Shown piece after piece: positions 9,780-16,368 of a DNA stretch of 64,000 nt. Numbering within the stretch: position 1 is the first letter of the stretch; each line of letters begins with the position of its first letter. Under the pieces are notes generated by a model. It was not told where the DNA came from and ran no database searches. It saw nothing but the letters and a program-made list of their open reading frames with translations. The position numbers were made by a program, and so were the translations under genes. This DNA is from Blautia sp. (lineage in GTDB: Bacteria > Bacillota > Clostridia > Lachnospirales > Lachnospiraceae): contig JAMPAC010000003.1 of the NCBI GenBank assembly GCA_023667395.1, positions 14,972 through 78,971 of the forward strand, read 5' to 3'.

Positions 9780-9941
9780 GTGATATAATGTCCGCAAAGG
9801 GCAGAGTCAAGTGCCCGAAAAACAGATGCCGTGCTGGCACGAGCAGATGTTTTTTTCAGGGATTTGACGAGCGAAGCGAACCCGAAAAATCCCTGATTTT
9901 TCGGGTCTCTGCCCTGTGACTTGCGGAAGTGTGATATAATG
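9780..9941. repeat. Compound-hairpin element of about 150 bp, flanked by direct repeats gtgatataatg
   Basis: Direct repeats at 9780-9790 and 9931-9941, each reading TGaTATAAT (extended -10). Nested inverted repeats: tccgcaa-agggcagag / ctctgccct..ttgcgga, cccgaaaaa / tttttcggg and cagggattt / aaatccctg. Confidence 0.75.
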
Positions 9942-10087
9942 AGCGTTAGCGAGAAGAACATGCTTGCATGTCCGGCGAGCGGCGAATGGCGATCATGAAT
10001 CGAGGATTCATGATCTACTGTATTTGGAATCGTAGTTTATCCAGATGAAAAAGATGTCACCATTGAAAAGAAAGCGGAAAATCTGTC

Positions 10088-10792
10088 ATGAATGCAAATA
10101 TTTTGATCGTTGATGATGAAAAGGAGATAGCGGACCTGTTGGAGGTCTATCTGAAAAATGACGGTTATTCGGTACGCAAATGCTACAACGGCGTGGAAGC
10201 TTTGAAATGCGTTGAAGTTGAGAAGTTCGATCTGGCGATCCTGGATCTGATGCTTCCTGACGTGGACGGTTTCCGTATCTGTCAGAAGATCAGGGAGCGG
10301 TATTTTTTCCCTATTATTATGCTGACGGCGAAGACGGAGGATACCGACAAGATCATGGGACTTACCATGGGGGCGGACGATTATATCACGAAGCCTTTTA
10401 ATCCTTTGGAGGTGACGGCCAGGGTGAAGACGCAGCTGCGCCGGTACGTCCATTATAATAAAGCGGCGGTCATGGAGGGGAAAGGTGAGCCGGTGGCGGA
10501 GCATGATATCCGCGGCCTGATCATCAACAGGGATACCCATAAATGCACCCTGTACGGAAAGGAAGTCGCGCTGACGCCCCGGGAGTTCTCCATACTCTGG
10601 TATCTGTGCGAGCACAGGGGAAAGGTGATCCCCTCGGAGGAATTGTTTGAAAATGTCTGGGGAGAGAAGTTCCTGGACAACAATAACACCGTGATGGCGC
10701 ATATCGGCAAGTTGAGGGAGAAGCTGGGAGAGCCCGCGAAGAACCCGAAATTCATCAAAACCGTGTGGGGAGTGGGGTATACCGTTGAGTAG
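10088..10792 (+). CDS. vanR: VanR-type OmpR-family response regulator
   Basis: 234 aa. ILIVDDEKEIADLLEVYLKN...LAILDLMLPDVDG...ICQKIR...PIIMLTAK...GADDYITKPFNPLE..ARVKTQLRRY closely follows VanR. Winged-helix C-terminus. Confidence 0.8.
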   Translation: MNANILIVDDEKEIADLLEVYLKNDGYSVRKCYNGVEALKCVEVEKFDLAILDLMLPDVDGFRICQKIRERYFFPIIMLTAKTEDTDKIMGLTMGADDYITKPFNPLEVTARVKTQLRRYVHYNKAAVMEGKGEPVAEHDIRGLIINRDTHKCTLYGKEVALTPREFSILWYLCEHRGKVIPSEELFENVWGEKFLDNNNTVMAHIGKLREKLGEPAKNPKFIKTVWGVGYTVE

Positions 10793-11963
10793 GCGAAAAT
10801 CGGGAACAGAAGTTCAAAATAAGGCAGGTCAGAATGCGCTGCTCCAAGGGCAAAGGAACCGCAGGGATGCATACCGCCCGCTTCAGACGAAATTATTTCT
10901 GAAAACCATGCTTTTGATGTTCGCAGCCGTGATGGGAATATGGGGGATATATGTTTTTTTGCTACGGGGACATTTTGCCAATGCGGTGGTGGATGTTCTG
11001 GACACATTCATATACCATGATTATGACCGTGCCGTGAATGTGTACCGGAACGTATTCCGGGATAATATCAGCCTGTATTTCCTGCTGGGCGCGCTGTTTC
11101 TGTTTTTTGTCGTCATGCGGATCTATTTAAAGAACTTTACAAAATATTTCAATGAGATCAACGGGGCCATCGATGCCCTGATGCAGGAAAATGCGGAGGA
11201 CGTCATCCTGTCGGCGGAACTGGCCGCCACGGAGAAGAAGATCAACCATATCATACATACCCTGGAGCAGCGCAGGCTGGCTGCGGAACTGGCGGAGCAG
11301 CGGAAAAACGACCTTGTGGTATATCTTGCCCATGACCTGAAGACGCCGCTGACCTCCGTGATCGGCTATCTGACCCTGCTGCGCGACGAAGCGCAGATAC
11401 CTGAGGAACTGCGGGAGAAATACTTGTCCATCTCCCTGGAGAAAGCGGAACGTCTGGAGGACCTGATCAATGAATTCTTTGAGATCACGCGGTTTAATCT
11501 GACCAATATTACGCTGGATTGCAGCAGGGTCAACCTGACGCGCCTGCTGGAACAGCTTGCTTATGAGTTCAAACCCATGCTTGCGGAGAAAAATCTGGTC
11601 TGTACGCTGGAGGCTGCGCCCGACGTCATGATCAAGTGTGATGTGGATAAGATGCAGCGTGTGTTTGACAACCTGTTGCGGAATGCGGTCAATTACAGTT
11701 TTGAAAACGGGGAGATCACGATCAGGGTGACGCAGGAGGAGAGGGATGTGCATATTGTTTTCTCCAATCATGGGAATACCATTCCCCCGGACAGGCTGGA
11801 GCGCATCTTTGAGCAGTTTTACCGCCTGGACGGCGCCAGGAGTTCCGGAAGCGGCGGCGCGGGGCTGGGGCTTGCCATAGCGAAGAAGATCGTGGAATCC
11901 CACGGCGGCGTCATAACGGCCAGAAGCGGGAATGAGATCATTGAATTTGAAGTGGTCATATAA
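10785..11963 (+). CDS. vanS: VanS-type sensor histidine kinase
   Basis: H-box LAHDLKTPLTSVIGYLTLL, FFEITRFNL, and the G-boxes FYRLDGARSSGSGGAGLGLAIAK, as in VanS. Two N-terminal TM helices. The TTG start overlaps the vanR stop, and the exact start is uncertain. Confidence 0.8.
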   Translation: MSRRKSGTEVQNKAGQNALLQGQRNRRDAYRPLQTKLFLKTMLLMFAAVMGIWGIYVFLLRGHFANAVVDVLDTFIYHDYDRAVNVYRNVFRDNISLYFLLGALFLFFVVMRIYLKNFTKYFNEINGAIDALMQENAEDVILSAELAATEKKINHIIHTLEQRRLAAELAEQRKNDLVVYLAHDLKTPLTSVIGYLTLLRDEAQIPEELREKYLSISLEKAERLEDLINEFFEITRFNLTNITLDCSRVNLTRLLEQLAYEFKPMLAEKNLVCTLEAAPDVMIKCDVDKMQRVFDNLLRNAVNYSFENGEITIRVTQEERDVHIVFSNHGNTIPPDRLERIFEQFYRLDGARSSGSGGAGLGLAIAKKIVESHGGVITARSGNEIIEFEVVI

Positions 11964-12103
11964 GATGGCTGCGCACAGAGTGTTTTGCGCGGTTAGGATT
12001 TCGTATGATTTTAAATATAAAAGATTAGGAAAATATTTATAGGAAATGAAAGAATAGAATTTCCGGCTCTGATACAGTAAGGGTATCTCAGCCGGGATTT
12101 TTT

Positions 12104-12350
12104 GCGCGAATGAGCAGAGCCAGAAGTTCACTCGAACAGATGCCATGCTTGCATGGGCAGAAGGGAGAGGGGACTCCTGGCGAGCAACGCGAGTGAGAAA
12201 GGCAGAGCCTTTCGAACCTGCTCATTTGCGCGAATGAGCAGAGCCAGAAGTTCACTCGGACAGATGCCATGCTTGCATGGGCAGAAGGGAGAGGGGACTC
12301 CTGGCGAGCAACGCGAGTGAGAAAGGCAGAGCCTTTCGAACCTGCTCATT
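12104..12350. repeat. 124-bp tandem repeat, 2 near-identical copies, between vanS and the ligase gene
   Basis: Units begin at 12104 and 12228 and differ at 1-2 positions. Each has terminal inverted repeats (aatgagcag...ctgctcatt) and an internal near-palindrome catgcttgcatg. Confidence 0.9.
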
Positions 12351-12393
12351 CGTGTGAATGTGTTGTGAATATTGTATACTGTGGAGGTTTGCC

Positions 12394-13431
12394 ATGCATA
12401 AGAAGACAATAGCGGTTATCTTTGGGGGAAAATCGGCGGAATATGAGGTGTCGTTACAGTCGGCATTCTCGGTGCTGGAGAATCTGAATACAGAAAAATA
12501 TGATGTTGTCATGGTTGGTATCACCAGGGAGGGCGACTGGTACCGCTACAGGGGAAAGTTTGAGAATATTCCGAACAATACATGGTGTGAGGACAGGGGT
12601 AACATGACTCCGGTGACAGTATCCGTAAGCCCTTCGTCTAAAGGGCTTCTGGAACTTTCCACATATGTATTGACAGAGGTGGACATGGTATTTCCCGTAT
12701 TGCATGGCAAGAACGGGGAGGATGGTACGGTGCAGGGAATGTTTGAACTGGCCGGGATTCCCGTGGTGGGCTGCGGTCTGCTTTCCTCTGCCCTGTGTAT
12801 GGACAAGGGCAGGGCTCATGCGCTGGTGCGCACGACCGGGGTGGCAGTGCCGAAAGCGGTGACATTTAAGCGGTATGGGATGGAGGCTGCCCTGCGGGAG
12901 ATATCCCGGAGGCTTTCCTATCCCCTTTTCGTAAAGCCTGTGCGGGCGGGGTCTTCCTTTGGGATCACGAAAGTGCTCAGGGAGGCCGAACTGGATCGTG
13001 CCATAGAAGCAGCCTTTGACCATGACGACGAGGTGACGGTGGAGGAAGCCGTGGAGGGCTTTGAGGTGGGGTGCGCCGTTTTGGGCAGCGAAACGCTGAC
13101 TGTGGGCAGGGTGGATGAGATCGAACTGTCGGCGGGCTTTTTTGATTACACGGAGAAATATACGTTGAAAACATCCAGGATCCATATGCCCGCCCGTATC
13201 GACGCGCAGACGGAGAGGCGGATTCAGGAGACTGCGGCGGTCATATACAGGACTCTGGGCTGCTCCGGATTTGCCCGGGTGGATATGTTCCTGAAGCCTG
13301 ACGGGGAGATCGTGTTTAATGAGGTGAACACGATCCCGGGATTCACCTCCCACAGCCGCTACCCCAATATGATGAAGGGGATCGGACTGTCCTTTGGGGA
13401 GATGCTGGACCGGCTGATCGGGGGGATATAA
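12394..13431 (+). CDS. vanG: VanG-type D-alanine--D-serine ligase
   Basis: 345 aa from ATG 12394 (GGAGG SD 12384-12388). Long identical stretches to VanG as I recall it: IAVIFGG.S.EYEVSLQSA, VFPVLHGKNGEDGT.QG.FELAGIPVVGC, PLF.KPVRAGSSFGITKV, GFEVGCAVLG, GFFDYTEKYTLK, FNEVNTIPGFTSHSRYPNMMKGIGLSF. Confidence 0.8.
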   Translation: MHKKTIAVIFGGKSAEYEVSLQSAFSVLENLNTEKYDVVMVGITREGDWYRYRGKFENIPNNTWCEDRGNMTPVTVSVSPSSKGLLELSTYVLTEVDMVFPVLHGKNGEDGTVQGMFELAGIPVVGCGLLSSALCMDKGRAHALVRTTGVAVPKAVTFKRYGMEAALREISRRLSYPLFVKPVRAGSSFGITKVLREAELDRAIEAAFDHDDEVTVEEAVEGFEVGCAVLGSETLTVGRVDEIELSAGFFDYTEKYTLKTSRIHMPARIDAQTERRIQETAAVIYRTLGCSGFARVDMFLKPDGEIVFNEVNTIPGFTSHSRYPNMMKGIGLSFGEMLDRLIGGI

Positions 13432-13603
13432 GGGGATCGTCTGCCCGTTGCCCGGTAGCTGCTTTTATGAATGCGAGGGCTGAACTGTTACGGAATTTGT
13501 ATTATCTTATACTTTATGGTAGAAAAAAAGATATTCATATGGTAATATATAAAGGTAATGCTAAAAGAATATCTATGATATCTTATGGGGATGGAGAATA
13601 CAG

Positions 13604-16291
13604 ATGAAATGTCCATATTGTCACGAGGAGCAGGAGGGTTCTGTAAACTTTTGCATGTATTGCGGCAGCGTGCTGCCCAAAGAGGATAGTGAACCGAAAA
13701 AAAGCAGGAAGCCTCTCATCATTATCGCATCAGCCGTGGCAGCTGTTGCGGTAGTGGTGTTTTTTGTGGTTGCGCTCAGTGTTTTTGGAAGGACGGATGA
13801 GGAAAGGCTGCAGCGGCAGTTGGAACTGGGTGAGAGATACCTGAGTGAGATGAACTACGAAAGGGCGTTGGCGGCATATACGGCGGCGATCGAGATCGAA
13901 CCCCAGAACATAGAGGCGACCTGCGGTATGGCGCGCGCATATGCGGGTCTGGACGATTATGAGCAGGCGGAAAATGTGCTGCTCTCCCTGATCGAGACGC
14001 TGGAACAGGATGACTACAGGAAAAAACAGGAAGAACTTTATGCGACGCTGGCTGATATCTATCTGGAAAGCGGTGATTCAGACAGCGCCTGGTCTGCGAT
14101 ACAGCGGGGGACGGACCGTGCCGCCCGGGAAGATATCCTTTTGAACAGTCTGGATCCCATGAAGCGGGATACGGATGGAGACGGGCTCTTTGACGGTACG
14201 GAACTGCAGAACGGTTTTGATCCCAATCTGCGGGATACGGACGGCGACGGCGTACCGGACGGCAGGGAAGAATTTGGGCGTGTTGTGTCCATGCCCTCCG
14301 CAATACCGCAGGAAGACCAGATCTATCCCGTTGTCTGGGCGGAAGGACAGGGCGAGGCATATGGGGATTTTGATGCGGTATATCTGCGGAATAATGTTAC
14401 GCTCAGGGGAATCGGCAGCGTCAGGGGCATTCCCTGTGAATTCAGCGGGCAGAGCGATATGGAACAGGTCAGGATCGGTTTCTGTGTCCCGGAGGCATTG
14501 GCATCGGATACTTCCGGAAATCTCCAGGTTGCAGGTTATGATTATGAACAGAACAGGCTGGTTCTCCATGATACGTCCATAGAGAGCGCTGATGACGGTT
14601 CCGTCCTGGTTTTATCGGATACGGCGGAAGCGGGGACATACATGCTGGTAGACTGGGAACGCCTGAAAAGGGATACGGATGCGACGGAATTTTCCAGTAT
14701 CGTTGAATCAGGCAAGGCGGATGTGGTCTTCGTGATCGATACCACCGGCTCCATGAGTGGGCCGATCAGCAATGTGGAAGAAAACATTGTGGACTTTTCC
14801 CAATATCTGGCTGACCTGGGTGTGGATGTCCGCGTGGGCATTGTGGAGTACAAGGATATTTACGAGGATGGCAGCGGCAGTACGGTTGACCATGGATTTT
14901 ACTATGATCTGGATGAATTTAGAAGGGTGCTTGGAAATTTCAGGATCGATGGCGGCGGGGATGAGTATGAGACGGCAGTGGATGCGCTGGATGTCATGGC
15001 GGATATGGATTTTAGGAGCGGCGTGAATAAATTTGCCATTCTGGTGTCGGATACTGCTTATAAGGAAGGGACACAAAGCAATGCCGGTTATACCATGGAA
15101 CAGATGATCGGAACATTGGAATCCCAGAATATTTGTACAAGTGTTGTGACGAATTATTATCATTTTGATGAGTACAGAAAGCTTACATCCCGCACGAACG
15201 GAGAACTGTGTGATATTGATACGGATTTTGCTACATCGCTTCGCGGATTGATGGACAAGATGGGGACTATGGTGAACGAGGGAACTTGGGTGCGTCTGAC
15301 CAATGGCTCCGTGGTATGTCTGAACGAGGATCCTACGCTCAACAATACTTCCATAGACACAGACGGGGACGGTATCCCGGATCTGATGGAATTGGGGGAA
15401 ACGATCACGGTAAGTTATCGGAGCAGCCTGTCAGGGGAGGAGGTTGCCTTTGAGGCATACACATTCCAGTCCAACCCTGCCCTTGCTGATTCTGATGGGG
15501 ATGGCCTTGCGGATGACGTGGACGCGCGTCCGGTGCAGTGTGATATGGAAGCGTCCGCACTGGGCGTTCCCGGAACCTATTTAATGGTCGATACTGCGGA
15601 TGGAGGAAGCTCATATGGCGTGACAGGGGAGACGGCCATGAATTCCGGAATGGCTGCGATGGAGAATATGCTGTTATACCTGCAAAAGTATACGGGAAAT
15701 TTCTGGCTGACGGGATTTGATCCGACGAGGGAGAGTTATGCGCTGTCGGAGGTCCGGGATATGGCGGATGATCTGGAAAATATCCTTGCGTCACAGGATT
15801 TGCTGGTCATGGAAACGGAACCGGATCTGGAAAGTACGTTCCAGAAATCCAAAAAGCTGCTGAAGATCATAAAGCAATTGTATCGTGAAGCCGGGGTGGA
15901 AGAAAACGGATGTATCCGCGGCGGGAATATGGAACAATGCCTGTCTTTCTGTCTGGGTGGCATCATGACCTCTTATTACATGCCCTTTGGGGAATATTCG
16001 GAGGGAGAGATTTATCAGAGGATCTGCCAGGATATTGAACGGGGTTACCCCGTCATGCTGCAGACGGGTCTGGCCGGCAATGTGGAGTTGTTTGACAGTT
16101 CCGACCTGTCCGGTTCCTCAGTCCCGCTGGGAAGCATGGAGTGGCTGACCATCACAGGCTATGAACGCAATGGCATTGAGGGGACGATCGTGCTGGAAGT
16201 CCTCTATGACGGTGGGATGTATTACCTTGATTTCCGGCGGCTTATGGATGTGGATGCCCTGCTGGGCGGTATCGTGGGGATTGATTCGTAA
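13604..16291 (+). CDS. Membrane protein with zinc ribbon, TM helix, TPR, thrombospondin-type-3-like Ca-binding repeats and a vWA domain
   Basis: 895 aa. CPYC..CMYCG ribbon, TM helix (IIIASAVAAVAVVVFFVVALSVF), TPR-like segment, DTDGDG(L/V) repeats, and a vWA MIDAS motif (VVFVIDTTGSMSG). Confidence 0.75.
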   Translation: MKCPYCHEEQEGSVNFCMYCGSVLPKEDSEPKKSRKPLIIIASAVAAVAVVVFFVVALSVFGRTDEERLQRQLELGERYLSEMNYERALAAYTAAIEIEPQNIEATCGMARAYAGLDDYEQAENVLLSLIETLEQDDYRKKQEELYATLADIYLESGDSDSAWSAIQRGTDRAAREDILLNSLDPMKRDTDGDGLFDGTELQNGFDPNLRDTDGDGVPDGREEFGRVVSMPSAIPQEDQIYPVVWAEGQGEAYGDFDAVYLRNNVTLRGIGSVRGIPCEFSGQSDMEQVRIGFCVPEALASDTSGNLQVAGYDYEQNRLVLHDTSIESADDGSVLVLSDTAEAGTYMLVDWERLKRDTDATEFSSIVESGKADVVFVIDTTGSMSGPISNVEENIVDFSQYLADLGVDVRVGIVEYKDIYEDGSGSTVDHGFYYDLDEFRRVLGNFRIDGGGDEYETAVDALDVMADMDFRSGVNKFAILVSDTAYKEGTQSNAGYTMEQMIGTLESQNICTSVVTNYYHFDEYRKLTSRTNGELCDIDTDFATSLRGLMDKMGTMVNEGTWVRLTNGSVVCLNEDPTLNNTSIDTDGDGIPDLMELGETITVSYRSSLSGEEVAFEAYTFQSNPALADSDGDGLADDVDARPVQCDMEASALGVPGTYLMVDTADGGSSYGVTGETAMNSGMAAMENMLLYLQKYTGNFWLTGFDPTRESYALSEVRDMADDLENILASQDLLVMETEPDLESTFQKSKKLLKIIKQLYREAGVEENGCIRGGNMEQCLSFCLGGIMTSYYMPFGEYSEGEIYQRICQDIERGYPVMLQTGLAGNVELFDSSDLSGSSVPLGSMEWLTITGYERNGIEGTIVLEVLYDGGMYYLDFRRLMDVDALLGGIVGIDS

Positions 16292-16368
16292 ATCATCGGC
16301 ATGATTTCGTGTTTTGCCAAAGAAGTGATGATGGCGGCAAAATGGTCTGCCATGGAAGGAAATACACT

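Noticed and set aside
9776-9961. 61-aa minus-strand ORF
   Set aside because: It lies entirely inside the compound palindromic element and has no SD. Its open frame is explained by the repeat structure.
11127-12146. 339-aa minus-strand ORF opposite vanS, running into the tandem repeat
   Set aside because: It lies antisense to the clear VanS H-box and ATPase motifs.
12104-12350. Possible CRISPR array
   Set aside because: There are only two directly abutting 124-bp units with no unique spacers. The unit is far longer than a CRISPR repeat, and there are no cas genes in the window.
12088-12524. Three overlapping 60-93-aa minus-strand ORFs (MASVRVNFWLCSFAQ...) in the vanS-vanG gap
   Set aside because: They are generated by the 124-bp tandem repeat itself (duplicated peptide sequence). 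They have no SD and are interpreted as repeat artefacts.
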